Shown here one piece after another: positions 27,521-37,061 of a stretch of DNA of 45,501 nucleotides. A program made the position numbers and the translations under genes. The stretch is from an uncultured Lachnospiraceae bacterium (GTDB lineage: Bacteria; Bacillota; Clostridia; Lachnospirales; Lachnospiraceae). Below the pieces are notes generated by a model. That model ran no database searches, was not told where the DNA came from, and saw only the letters and a list, made by a program, of their open reading frames with translations. Position 1 is the stretch's first letter. Every line of letters begins with the position of its first letter. The DNA is taken from the NCBI GenBank assembly GCA_905236025.1, contig CAJOOB010000051.1:1-45501 (forward strand), given 5' to 3'.

Positions 27521-27536
27521 GTTTTTCAAATAATTG

Positions 27537-27565
27537 TTGACAAAAAAAGACTTAGTTATTATAAT
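27537..27565 (+). promoter_or_regulatory. Consensus sigmaA promoter of hisZGD
   Basis: Perfect consensus: TTGACA (27537-42), 17-bp spacer, TATAAT (27560-65). Confidence 0.9.
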
Positions 27566-27581
27566 CCTTTTAATAAGTTAA

Positions 27582-27609
27582 CACTCTAATACGTTAGCAC
27601 ACTAAAGTG
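27582..27609. promoter_or_regulatory. Putative HisR (TrpR/YerC-family) operator, tandem sites
   Basis: Near-palindrome TACGTTAG-CACA-CTAAAGTG (27590-609), with a further half-site CACTCTAA 8 bp upstream. Located between the promoter and the hisZ RBS. Confidence 0.7.
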
Positions 27610-27639
27610 CAACCTCAAAATATGCTACTTGGAGGATAT

Positions 27640-28821
27640 ATGAGAGATCAATTATTACATACACCTGAGGGAGTCAGGGATATTTACGGATCGGAATGTG
27701 AAAAGAAGATTTTTTTACAGGACACGATTCATGAAGTAATAAAGAAATACGGATATGATGATATTCAGACACCAAGCTTTGAATTTTTTGATATCTTTGC
27801 TAAGGAACGCGGAAGTGTTGCTTCAAAGAATATGTATAAATTCTTTGACAGAGAAGGATATACTCTTGCTTTAAGACCGGATATTACACCTTCAATCGCA
27901 AGGTGCGTAGCTAAATATTACGGTGATACACAAGAGGATTTAAGACTTTGTTATCTTGGTAATACTTTTATTAATAATTCGGAATATCAGGGTAAGTTAA
28001 AGGAAAGCACTCAGTGTGGTGCAGAACTTATCGGTGACAATAAGTCTGATGCGGATGCGGAGATTGTGGCTATGGTTGTTAATTCTTTGCTTGCATGCGG
28101 CTTAAGAGATTTCCAGATTGAACTTGGACATGTTGATTTCCTTACGGGCCTTTTGGAAGATTCGAAGTTTTCTTATGAAACATGTGCGGATCTTAAGGAA
28201 CTTTTATATAATAAGAATTATTTTGCTGTTGAGGAATATGTAAGTAATCTTTCAATAAGTGATGAACTTAAAGAAATTCTTGTGAAACTTCCTGAACTTA
28301 CCGGCCAGGATGAGCTTATTAAGGAGTATATGTCTAAGGTTACAAACGAAAAGTCTAAGAATGCTTTAGACAGACTTTTAAAGGTTTATGATATTATCAA
28401 GGTCTACGGATATGAAGATTACATTTCGTTTGATCTTGGTATGGTAAGTAATTATGATTATTATACCGGAATTATTCTTGGCGGATACACATATGGTACG
28501 GGTGATGCAATTGTTACCGGAGGAAGATATGATAAGCTTCTTTCACAGTTTGGTAAAATTGCTCCTTCTATCGGATTTGGAATAAACGTTGACAGACTCC
28601 TTGTTGCAATGAACAGACAAAACGTTAAGTTTTCTCTTTCTAAGCAGGGTACAATGATTGTTTATTCTAAAGAAAACAGAGACGATGCAGTTAAAAAGGC
28701 GGCCATCGACAGGGACTGCGGTAAGGTTGTCAGACTTATCTGCAAGAGCTCAAAGTTTACCGAAACAGATTACGTTAATCAGGCTAAAGAAGCAGGACTT
28801 GAGATTTTGTTCATGCTTTAA
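27640..28821 (+). CDS. hisZ: ATP phosphoribosyltransferase regulatory subunit HisZ
   Basis: HisRS-like motifs TPEGVRD, LRPDITPSIAR, QCGAELIG, YYTG and GGRYD. Precedes a short hisG. ATG follows GGAGG. Confidence 0.95.
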   Translation: MRDQLLHTPEGVRDIYGSECEKKIFLQDTIHEVIKKYGYDDIQTPSFEFFDIFAKERGSVASKNMYKFFDREGYTLALRPDITPSIARCVAKYYGDTQEDLRLCYLGNTFINNSEYQGKLKESTQCGAELIGDNKSDADAEIVAMVVNSLLACGLRDFQIELGHVDFLTGLLEDSKFSYETCADLKELLYNKNYFAVEEYVSNLSISDELKEILVKLPELTGQDELIKEYMSKVTNEKSKNALDRLLKVYDIIKVYGYEDYISFDLGMVSNYDYYTGIILGGYTYGTGDAIVTGGRYDKLLSQFGKIAPSIGFGINVDRLLVAMNRQNVKFSLSKQGTMIVYSKENRDDAVKKAAIDRDCGKVVRLICKSSKFTETDYVNQAKEAGLEILFML

Positions 28822-28832
28822 GAGGAGAATTT

Positions 28833-29468
28833 ATGCGTTATTTAACTATTGCCCTTGCAAAGGGAAGACTTGCGGAAAAGACAATGGAGCTTTTTTCGGA
28901 AATTGGTATTAATTGCGAGGAAATGAAAGATAAAAAAACAAGAAAGCTTTTGTTTGTTAATGAAGAGCTTGGACTTAAGTTTTTCCTTGCAAAAGCCGGT
29001 GATGTTCCTACGTATGTTGAGTACGGTGCGGCTGATATTGGCGTTGTGGGTAAAGACACAATCTTAGAAGAGGGAAGAAAAATCCTTGAGGTTGTTGATC
29101 TTAAACTTGGCAATTGCCGTATGTGCGTGTGTGGCCCGGCTTCGGCAAAGGAACTTCTTAAACATCACGAGATGATCAGAGTTGCAAGTAAATATCCTCA
29201 TATTGCAAAGGATTATTTCTACAACAAAAAGCATCAGACGGTTGAAATCATTAAGTTAAACGGCTCTGTTGAACTTGCACCTATTGTTGGACTTTCGGAA
29301 GTGATTGTTGATATTGTTGAAACCGGAAGTACTTTAAGAGAAAACGGACTTGAGGTTTTAGAAGAGGTTTGTCCGCTTTCTGCAAGAATGGTTGTTAACA
29401 ATGTTTCCATGAAAATGGAAAATGAACGTATTATGGATATTATACAGAAGTTAAAAGCAGTTATATAG
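28833..29468 (+). CDS. hisG: ATP phosphoribosyltransferase, short form
   Basis: 211 aa. Motifs IALAKGRL, DVPTYVEYGAADIGVVGKD, GSVELAP and IVDIVETGSTLRENGL. Confidence 0.97.
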   Translation: MRYLTIALAKGRLAEKTMELFSEIGINCEEMKDKKTRKLLFVNEELGLKFFLAKAGDVPTYVEYGAADIGVVGKDTILEEGRKILEVVDLKLGNCRMCVCGPASAKELLKHHEMIRVASKYPHIAKDYFYNKKHQTVEIIKLNGSVELAPIVGLSEVIVDIVETGSTLRENGLEVLEEVCPLSARMVVNNVSMKMENERIMDIIQKLKAVI

Positions 29469-29478
29469 GAGAAAAATT

Positions 29479-30771
29479 ATGCGTAAAGTAAAACTTGAAA
29501 AAGATATTGTTAAGGGTATTTTGAATGACCTTTTAAAGAGAAGTCCGGTTAATTACGGCACTTATACGGAAACTGTAAATGCAATTGTTGATGATATTAA
29601 AAACCGTAAAGACGAAGCTTTATTTGAATATACAAAGAATTTTGATAATGCTGATGTTAATGCTTCTAATATTTTAGTTACGAATGAAGAGATTGAAGAG
29701 GCTTTTTCGCTTGTTGGCAGTGATTTGGTTGAAACTATGGAAAAAGCGGCTGCAAACATCAGAGAATATCATGAAAAACAAAGACAGTACAGCTGGTTTG
29801 ATTACAAGGAAGATGGTTCAATCCTTGGTCAGAAAGTTAGTGCAATTTATTCTGCAGGTGTTTATGTACCGGGCGGTAAAGCTGCTTATCCTTCAAGCGT
29901 TTTGATGAATATTATTCCTGCTAAGGTTGCGGGCGTTAAAGAACTTATCATGTGCACACCTCCTTCTAAGGAAGGTAAGGTTAACCCGGGTACTTTGGTT
30001 GCTGCTAAAATTGCGGGAATTGACAGAGTATATAAAGTTGGCGGTGCTCAGGCAATTGCTGCAATGGCGTTTGGAACAGAATCTGTACCTAAGGTTGATA
30101 AGATTGTTGGACCGGGTAATATTTACGTCGCTCTTGCTAAAAAGGCTGTTTACGGTTATGTAAGCATTGATTCAATTGCGGGTCCAAGTGAAATCCTTGT
30201 TCTTTGTGATGATTGCGCAACACCGAAGTATGTTGCCGCAGACTTACTTTCTCAGGCAGAACATGATGAACTTGCTTCAGCCATTCTTGTTACAACTTCA
30301 GAGCGTGTTGCTGATGAGGTTAACAAAGAAATTGAAGGATTTTTAAAGACTCTTTCAAGAAGTGAAATTATTAAGAAATCGCTTGATAATTACGGATATA
30401 TTCTTGTTGCGGACGATCTCGACATGGCTATCGACGTGGTTAATGAGATTGCACCGGAACACCTTGAAATTGTTACAAAAGATCCGTTTAACACAATGAC
30501 TAAGGTTAGAAATGCGGGTGCAATGTTCCTTGGTGAATTTTCTTCAGAACCTCTCGGAGATTATTTTGCAGGACCGAATCACGTTCTTCCTACAAACGGA
30601 ACGGCTAAGTTCTTTTCACCGCTTTCTGTTGATGACTTTATTAAGAAGAGCAGTATTATTGCATTTTCTAAGGAAGCCTTAGAAAATGCAAGTGAAGACA
30701 TTATTAAGTTTGCCGAAGCTGAAGGTTTAACGGCTCATGCAAATTCCATTAAAGTCAGATTTAACAAGTAA
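29479..30771 (+). CDS. hisD: Histidinol dehydrogenase
   Basis: Motifs YVPGGKAAYPSS, GGAQAIAA, GPGNIYV, IDSIAGPSE, DLLSQAEHD, APEHLE and GPNHVLPT. Confidence 0.98.
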   Translation: MRKVKLEKDIVKGILNDLLKRSPVNYGTYTETVNAIVDDIKNRKDEALFEYTKNFDNADVNASNILVTNEEIEEAFSLVGSDLVETMEKAAANIREYHEKQRQYSWFDYKEDGSILGQKVSAIYSAGVYVPGGKAAYPSSVLMNIIPAKVAGVKELIMCTPPSKEGKVNPGTLVAAKIAGIDRVYKVGGAQAIAAMAFGTESVPKVDKIVGPGNIYVALAKKAVYGYVSIDSIAGPSEILVLCDDCATPKYVAADLLSQAEHDELASAILVTTSERVADEVNKEIEGFLKTLSRSEIIKKSLDNYGYILVADDLDMAIDVVNEIAPEHLEIVTKDPFNTMTKVRNAGAMFLGEFSSEPLGDYFAGPNHVLPTNGTAKFFSPLSVDDFIKKSSIIAFSKEALENASEDIIKFAEAEGLTAHANSIKVRFNK

Positions 30772-30776
30772 TAAAC

Positions 30777-30810
30777 GCGCCGGCTTTTATAAGTCGGCGC
30801 TTTGTTTTTT
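30777..30810 (+). terminator. Rho-independent terminator after hisD
   Basis: GCGCCGGCTT-TTAT-AAGTCGGCGC (one G:U pair) followed by TTTGTTTTTT. Confidence 0.85.
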
Positions 30811-30834
30811 ATTTGAAGGTTTTTGGTAAATATA

Positions 30835-30864
30835 TTGATAAAATGGGGCGTTTTTTGCTATAAT
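30835..30864 (+). promoter_or_regulatory. Putative sigmaA promoter for hisB and downstream genes
   Basis: TTGATA (30835-40), 18-bp spacer, TATAAT (30859-64), with a TG extended -10. Confidence 0.7.
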
Positions 30865-30904
30865 ATACAGTAATTATGATATCTTAACCACGAAAGGGAT
30901 TATT

Positions 30905-31489
30905 ATGAGATACGCAGAAGTTAAAAGAAAGACCGGGGAAACTGATATTTCAATTTCTTTGGATATTGACGGAACCGGTAAAGCTGATGTTTCAACCGGT
31001 ATTGGATTTTTGGATCACATGCTTATAAGCTTTGCAAAGCACGGCTTGTTTGACCTTTGTGTTAAAGCAACGGGTGATTTGAATGTTGATTCACACCACA
31101 CAATCGAAGATGTGGGGATTGTTCTTGGCGACGCAATTAAGGAAGCGCTTGGAGATAAAAAGGGCATTAAGCGTTTCGGTAATTCTATTTTACCGATGGA
31201 TGATGCGTTGGTTTTATGCGCCATTGACCTTTCCAACAGGCCTTATTATTCGTCTGATTTGACTTTCAGCGGAGAAAAAATGGGTGAATATGATACGTGC
31301 ATGGTTAGAGAATTTTTCTATGCAATTTCATATTCTGCGGGTATGAATTTACACTTTAAACAAATTACAGGTATTAATGATCATCACATCTGCGAGGCTG
31401 CTTATAAGGCTTTTGCCAAAGCTTTGGATATGGCTTCACAATATGACGAGAGAATAAATTCGGTACTTTCAACAAAGGGTACCCTCTAA
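30905..31489 (+). CDS. hisB: Imidazoleglycerol-phosphate dehydratase
   Basis: Motifs RKTGETDI, GFLDHML, DSHHTIEDVGI, PMDDAL, NDHHICEA and STKG. Confidence 0.97.
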   Translation: MRYAEVKRKTGETDISISLDIDGTGKADVSTGIGFLDHMLISFAKHGLFDLCVKATGDLNVDSHHTIEDVGIVLGDAIKEALGDKKGIKRFGNSILPMDDALVLCAIDLSNRPYYSSDLTFSGEKMGEYDTCMVREFFYAISYSAGMNLHFKQITGINDHHICEAAYKAFAKALDMASQYDERINSVLSTKGTL

Positions 31490-31504
31490 AAGATTGGAGA
31501 CATT

Positions 31505-32824
31505 ATGAGTTTAAATTTAATTCAAAGCTTATCGGTTCATAGAAATCACATTGCAATGTATGATGTTGTCAGCGGTGAAATGGCAAGAGTCACACCAACC
31601 TCAACGGATGGTAAGGAACTCAGTGTTCCTGTATATTGTCAGCATTTGTGCAATAACGGCGTGGACGAACTTTTTATTACGGAAGTTTCTAGTTCGGATG
31701 TTACCCATGACAGAAATATTGATACCGTAAAGGAAATTGTTACTCTTTCGGATCATGAGGTCTATTTTGCGGGTAACATAAAGAGAATTGAGGATATTAA
31801 GAAGTTCTTATACACAGGCGCCAAGCATGCGGTTTTGGATTTGGACGATAAGTCTAATGTTGCTTTACTTAAGGAGGCTGCGGACAGATTTGGAGCCGCT
31901 AAGCTTGCGGCTATTGTTACGAGCAATACATCTGACGAAGCACTTAACGCTGCTTTAAATAACGGCATAAAAACTTTCTTTACGGCTGATGTTTCAACTG
32001 CAAACAAGCTTTGTGAAGAGGATTCGGTTAAGGTTGTTCTTACTAATGTGGATTCAGATGTAAACGCAATTAACGATGCATGCACTAAGTGTAACAAAAA
32101 ACTCTTTGGTGTAGCGTTTAAAGAGGATGCGCATGATGATACGGACTACATGGATTTAAAGGATTCTCTTTCCGATATGGGATACGAGGTTAATGTTTTA
32201 AAGTCTAAAATTAATTTTTCTGAACTTAAGACAAATTCAGACGGACTTATTCCTTGTATTGTCCAGGATTATCAGACGGGCGATGTTTTAATGCTTGCTT
32301 ATATGAATGAGCTTTCTTTTGAACAGACTTTAAAGACAGGAAGAATGACTTATTACAGCAGATCAAGACAGGAAATCTGGGAGAAGGGCTATACAAGCGG
32401 ACATTATCAGTATGTTAAGGAATTAAGCTGCGACTGTGATAACGACACTTTGCTTGCTAAGGTTTACCAGGTTGGTGCTGCTTGTCATACAGGCAAAAGA
32501 AGTTGTTTCTTTAATGAACTTTTCAAACTTGATTACAGTGAGAGAGATCCTCACAAGGTTTTGGAAGAAGTATATAACGTTATTTTGGACAGAAAGAAAA
32601 ATCCGAAGGAAGGCTCATATACCAATTACCTGTTTGACAAGGGTATTGATAAGGTGTTGAAGAAATGCGGAGAAGAAGCTTCAGAAATTATTATCGCCGC
32701 TAAGAATCCAAATCCTGAAGAAACCAAGTATGAGATTTCAGACTTCTTGTATCATGTAATGGTTTTAATGGCTATTAAGGGTATTACCTGGGACGATGTA
32801 ATGACTGAACTTGCAAGGAGATAA
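31505..32824 (+). CDS. hisIE: HisF/HisA-like domain fused to phosphoribosyl-AMP cyclohydrolase (HisI) and phosphoribosyl-ATP pyrophosphatase (HisE)
   Basis: HisI motifs [35 protein letters not shown] and [10 protein letters not shown]. HisE motifs [16 protein letters not shown] and EISDFLYH. The N-terminal ~230 aa are HisF-like ([22 protein letters not shown]). Confidence 0.9.
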   Translation: MSLNLIQSLSVHRNHIAMYDVVSGEMARVTPTSTDGKELSVPVYCQHLCNNGVDELFITEVSSSDVTHDRNIDTVKEIVTLSDHEVYFAGNIKRIEDIKKFLYTGAKHAVLDLDDKSNVALLKEAADRFGAAKLAAIVTSNTSDEALNAALNNGIKTFFTADVSTANKLCEEDSVKVVLTNVDSDVNAINDACTKCNKKLFGVAFKEDAHDDTDYMDLKDSLSDMGYEVNVLKSKINFSELKTNSDGLIPCIVQDYQTGDVLMLAYMNELSFEQTLKTGRMTYYSRSRQEIWEKGYTSGHYQYVKELSCDCDNDTLLAKVYQVGAACHTGKRSCFFNELFKLDYSERDPHKVLEEVYNVILDRKKNPKEGSYTNYLFDKGIDKVLKKCGEEASEIIIAAKNPNPEETKYEISDFLYHVMVLMAIKGITWDDVMTELARR

Positions 32825-32827
32825 AGT

Positions 32828-34276
32828 TTGGACAGGCGTACAGTTAATGAAAGACGAAGAATAGAGGCAAGAAGAAGGATAAGGCGCAGGAAACAGATTT
32901 TTAATTCGGTTCTGTTTTTTGCGGTTACTCTGGTTGCCATACTCTTTTGTATTTATCTTGCCGTTTCGGTTTATTATCAGAATCATTTCTTTAAGGGAAC
33001 AACCTTAAACGGTGTTGATATTTCAAAAATGACTGTCTCAGAGGCGGAGTCTTATTTTGAAGACGAAATCAGATATTATGTTTTAAAGATTGTAGAACGA
33101 GGCAATGTTACGGAACTGATAACTGCCGATGACATTGATTTGGAGGTTGTTTTTGTAAACAATCAGACTATTGCGGATGTTAAGGAAAAACAAAACCCGT
33201 ATCTCTGGCCGTTTGAAAGTGATGAAACATACGAAATCACAATTGAAAGATCATATGATTCGGATAAACTTTTAGAAGAAATCGCAAATCTTGTATGTAA
33301 CAATTATACTGAAGAAGAGATGGAGCCCACAAACGCAACCGTAAGTTATGACGGAGAAAAATTTGTGATTGAAGAGGGAAATCCCGGAATGTATTTGGAT
33401 TCCGATCTTCTTTCAAAATTCATTATACAGTATGTTGATTCGGGATATGAAATCCTGAATTTAAACGATGCAGGTATTTATCTCATTAACAGTGATAAAC
33501 AAAGCAACGATTTAACGGAACTTGAAAATGAATTAAACGGTTATCTTACTTCTGTTATAAATTATACTCTTGATGATACCGTAATAATTCTTGATAAAGA
33601 TACGTTTGCGCAGTGGATAGCCATTGACGAAGATTATTCGGTTACATTTGACAGAGAACTCATCCACGATTGGATTGATGATACGTTCTCATCATATGAA
33701 ACGTATGGAAAAATAAGAACATTTACCACACATTCCGGCTCAAACGTAAGAATTTCCGGCGGTGATTACGGATGGTGGATTGATGACACCTCTGAAATTG
33801 ATATGATTATTGAAAATATTAAAAGCGGAGATGTTGTTACAAGGGATTTAAATTATTATCAAAAAGCGGCATCACACGGGACTTTGGATATTGGGGATAC
33901 TTATGTTGAAATAAGTATATCGGAGCAAAAACTGTATGTGTTTAAAGACGGCTCGTTACAGTTTTCGTGTGATTGTATAACGGGAAAATCCGGATATTCA
34001 ACATTAAAAGGTGTGTACAGATTAAGGGTAAAATTAAGAAACTTCACCTTCAGTCGTACATATTTTACAAAAACCGTAAGCTACTGGATGGTTTATTACG
34101 GAAATACGGTGGACACAAATGTTGGTATCATGGATGCGGCATGGTATTCGGATTCTGATTTTGGCGGTACCACATATGTAAATAACGGTTCGTATGGGTC
34201 AATTTATGTATCAAGTTCGTCTGCGGCATCTATATACAGTCTGATACCCGTTGATACGGCGATTGTAATCTATTAA
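32828..34276 (+). CDS. Membrane-anchored L,D-transpeptidase-like protein (PG_binding_4 + YkuD-like), catalytic motif degenerate
   Basis: Arg-rich N-tail plus TM helix, then HFFKGTTLNGVDIS, GGDYGWWID, IGDTYVEISISEQKLY and CDCITG. The active-site region reads GIMDAAW...GSYGSIY. Confidence 0.82.
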   Translation: MDRRTVNERRRIEARRRIRRRKQIFNSVLFFAVTLVAILFCIYLAVSVYYQNHFFKGTTLNGVDISKMTVSEAESYFEDEIRYYVLKIVERGNVTELITADDIDLEVVFVNNQTIADVKEKQNPYLWPFESDETYEITIERSYDSDKLLEEIANLVCNNYTEEEMEPTNATVSYDGEKFVIEEGNPGMYLDSDLLSKFIIQYVDSGYEILNLNDAGIYLINSDKQSNDLTELENELNGYLTSVINYTLDDTVIILDKDTFAQWIAIDEDYSVTFDRELIHDWIDDTFSSYETYGKIRTFTTHSGSNVRISGGDYGWWIDDTSEIDMIIENIKSGDVVTRDLNYYQKAASHGTLDIGDTYVEISISEQKLYVFKDGSLQFSCDCITGKSGYSTLKGVYRLRVKLRNFTFSRTYFTKTVSYWMVYYGNTVDTNVGIMDAAWYSDSDFGGTTYVNNGSYGSIYVSSSSAASIYSLIPVDTAIVIY

Positions 34277-34293
34277 ATTTTGGAGGTTTAAGT

Positions 34294-35157
34294 ATGGAAC
34301 CGGAAGTTAGCGAAATCGATAAAAAGTATTATGCGATTGTCACAAAGATAAGAGAAAATAGTTTTTTTGATGCACTGACTTTGATTGAAGAAATGCTCAA
34401 TGAACTTGAAGATTATTACGACACGCTTGGCAAAAGAGTTTTTTGCTTCGAGCATATTTTGGATACTTATTATTACACGTATTTCTTTAAGGATGCAGAA
34501 AAACTTGAATACTCCAAGTATAGAATGAGTGAGTATTACCGTGCCTATGGCTACATAAACATCAAACTTGAAAGATTTGATGATGCCATTAAAGCTTACA
34601 ACAGAGCGCTTTATTATAATCCTGTTGATTTAGACAGTTATTTGCAGCTTACTGAACTTTACAAGAAAATCGGAAGTATTACTTCTGTAAAGCAGCTTAA
34701 TGCGGAAGCGTACAGATTCTGCTGCAGCAGACAGTCAATGGCTCATTATTACAGAAATCTTGGTTTTTATTACCTTGAAACAAAGCGCCCGGATGTTGCA
34801 AAGGCATTATATGTTTACAGTAATATTTATTACGAAACCAAGCAGGCGCTTAACGAAATTGATTTTATTGATGCTGCAAAAGAAAGCTTGCCGGACCGGG
34901 CTTTGGTTGACAGGATTGCGAATATAAAGCCTGAAGTCAAAAGCTTACAGGGAATATTAAAATCTGAAAACATTAATTTGGGGCCAAATCCGGATACGAT
35001 TGGCATTACATACAGAGTGGGAAAAATTGAATTTACAAATAAGAATTACGATTCTGCATATGACTGCTTTATGCTTGTATATGATCTTACTCTGGATGAA
35101 AATGTTAAGAAGATTTTGGATGAGTTAAAGGAAATCAAAGAAAAACCTGAAAAATAG
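34294..35157 (+). CDS. Tetratricopeptide repeat protein
   Basis: TPR-like helices YRAYGYINIKLERFDDAIKAYNRALYYNP and YYRNLGFYYLE. Confidence 0.8.
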   Translation: MEPEVSEIDKKYYAIVTKIRENSFFDALTLIEEMLNELEDYYDTLGKRVFCFEHILDTYYYTYFFKDAEKLEYSKYRMSEYYRAYGYINIKLERFDDAIKAYNRALYYNPVDLDSYLQLTELYKKIGSITSVKQLNAEAYRFCCSRQSMAHYYRNLGFYYLETKRPDVAKALYVYSNIYYETKQALNEIDFIDAAKESLPDRALVDRIANIKPEVKSLQGILKSENINLGPNPDTIGITYRVGKIEFTNKNYDSAYDCFMLVYDLTLDENVKKILDELKEIKEKPEK

Positions 35158-35177
35158 TCCGGAAACAAAGGTATTTT

Positions 35178-37061
35178 ATGAGAAAACTAGCCCTGAGTGA
35201 TGATATACTTATGCACATTGAGAAACCCTCAAGGTATATCGGAAATGAATTGAATATGATAGTTAAACCTTTAGACTCTGTGGATGTACGTTTTTGTATG
35301 TGCTTCCCGGATGTTTATGAGGTGGGAATGTCTCATCTGGGAATACAGATTCTTTATGATATGTTCAATAAAATGGACGGTGTTTATTGTGAAAGAGTTT
35401 ATTCACCGTGGCATGATTTGGATAAGATTATGCGAGAAAGGGATATTCCTTTATTTTGCATTGAATCGCAAACTCCTGTCAGAGATTGCGATTTTTTGGG
35501 TATAACGCTTCAGTATGAAATGTGTTACACAAATGTGTTGCAAATCCTTGATTTATCTAAGATTCCAATTTATTCAAAAGACAGGAAAGAGGATGACCCT
35601 ATTGTTATTGGTGGTGGTCCTTGTTCATATAACCCTGAACCTATTGCGGAATTTTTTGACATATTTTATATGGGTGAAGGAGAAACAAGATATCAGGAAC
35701 TGCTAGATTGTTACAGAGAATGTAAAAAGAGTGGAAAAAGAAGAGAAGAGTTTTTAAGACTGGCTTCTCATATTTCCGGAATGTATGTTCCTTCATTATA
35801 TGAGTGTAAATACAATGAAGACGGAACATTAAAGTCATTTTATCCTTTATATGATGATGTTCCAAAGAGGGTAAAAAAAGAAGTTGTTAAAGACTTAAAC
35901 AATACGTATTATCCGGATAAGCCGCTTGTACCTTTTACAAGAGCGGTACAGGACCGTGTTGTGTTAGAAATTCAAAGAGGTTGTATAAGAGGGTGCAGAT
36001 TCTGTCAGGCAGGAACAATTTACAGGCCGTTAAGAGAACGCTCTTTGGAATTCTTAAAAGAAAAAGCCAAGAATATGCTTGATTCGACGGGATATGAGGA
36101 AATGACACTCAGTTCTTTGAGTTCAAGCGATTATTCACATTTAAGTGAATTACTTACGTTTTTAATTGATAATTACCATTCAAAGGGTGTAAACGTCTCA
36201 CTTCCTTCTCTCAGAATTGATGCGTTTTCTTTGGATGTAATGAATAAAGTTCAGGATGTCAGAAAATCCTCACTTACTTTTGCGCCTGAGGGCGGTTCAC
36301 AGAGGATAAGAAATGTCATTAACAAAGGTCTTACGGAAGAAGTTATTTTAGATGGCGCAAGACAGGCGTTCCTTGGAGGATGGAATAAGGTAAAGCTTTA
36401 TTTTATGCTTGGTCTTCCTACGGAAACAGATGAGGATATTGAGGGGATTGCAATACTTTCTGATAAAATTGCAAGACTTTATTATGATCTTATTCCAAAG
36501 GAAAAAAGAAACGGAAAGATTCAGATTGTAGCAAGTTCAAGTTTCTTTATTCCAAAACCTTTTACACCGTTACAATGGGCAACAATGCTTCATAAAGAAG
36601 ATTATATTGAAAAAGCGTATAAAGTAAGACATAAGGTAATGGAGATGCTTAATCAAAGAAGCATTAAATATAACTGGCATGAAGCTGATGTTACAATCTT
36701 AGAAGGTGTATTTGCAAGAGGAGACAGAAAAGTCTCAAAAGCAATTGTAAATGCGTATAATATGGGCTGCCTGTATGATGCGTGGTCAGATTATTTTGAT
36801 TATGATAAATGGCTTAAAGCGTTTGAAAAAGCCGGTATTGATATGGACTTTTATACAGTAAGAGAAAGAAGTCTGGATGAACTTTTTCCTTGGGATTTTA
36901 TTGATATCGGGGTTACAAAGGAATTTCTTAAACGTGAATGGAATAATGCCATGAATGAAAAGGTGACCTTAAACTGCGCTGAACGCTGTTCGGGATGCGG
37001 AGCGTCGGATCTTGTATATGACGGAACAATCTGTATTAGAACGAGGGAGGGCGGAAAATAA
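35178..37061 (+). CDS. TIGR03960-family B12-binding radical SAM protein
   Basis: Motifs KPSRYIGNE, FPDVYEVGMSHLG, CIRGCRFC, SLPSLR, TFAPEGGSQR and PWDFID, with C-terminal CAERCSGCG. Confidence 0.92.
   Translation: MRKLALSDDILMHIEKPSRYIGNELNMIVKPLDSVDVRFCMCFPDVYEVGMSHLGIQILYDMFNKMDGVYCERVYSPWHDLDKIMRERDIPLFCIESQTPVRDCDFLGITLQYEMCYTNVLQILDLSKIPIYSKDRKEDDPIVIGGGPCSYNPEPIAEFFDIFYMGEGETRYQELLDCYRECKKSGKRREEFLRLASHISGMYVPSLYECKYNEDGTLKSFYPLYDDVPKRVKKEVVKDLNNTYYPDKPLVPFTRAVQDRVVLEIQRGCIRGCRFCQAGTIYRPLRERSLEFLKEKAKNMLDSTGYEEMTLSSLSSSDYSHLSELLTFLIDNYHSKGVNVSLPSLRIDAFSLDVMNKVQDVRKSSLTFAPEGGSQRIRNVINKGLTEEVILDGARQAFLGGWNKVKLYFMLGLPTETDEDIEGIAILSDKIARLYYDLIPKEKRNGKIQIVASSSFFIPKPFTPLQWATMLHKEDYIEKAYKVRHKVMEMLNQRSIKYNWHEADVTILEGVFARGDRKVSKAIVNAYNMGCLYDAWSDYFDYDKWLKAFEKAGIDMDFYTVRERSLDELFPWDFIDIGVTKEFLKREWNNAMNEKVTLNCAERCSGCGASDLVYDGTICIRTREGGK

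Noticed and set aside
27566..27639. His leader peptide or T-box riboswitch
   Set aside because: The leader is too short and has no His-codon run, T-box sequence or terminator hairpin.
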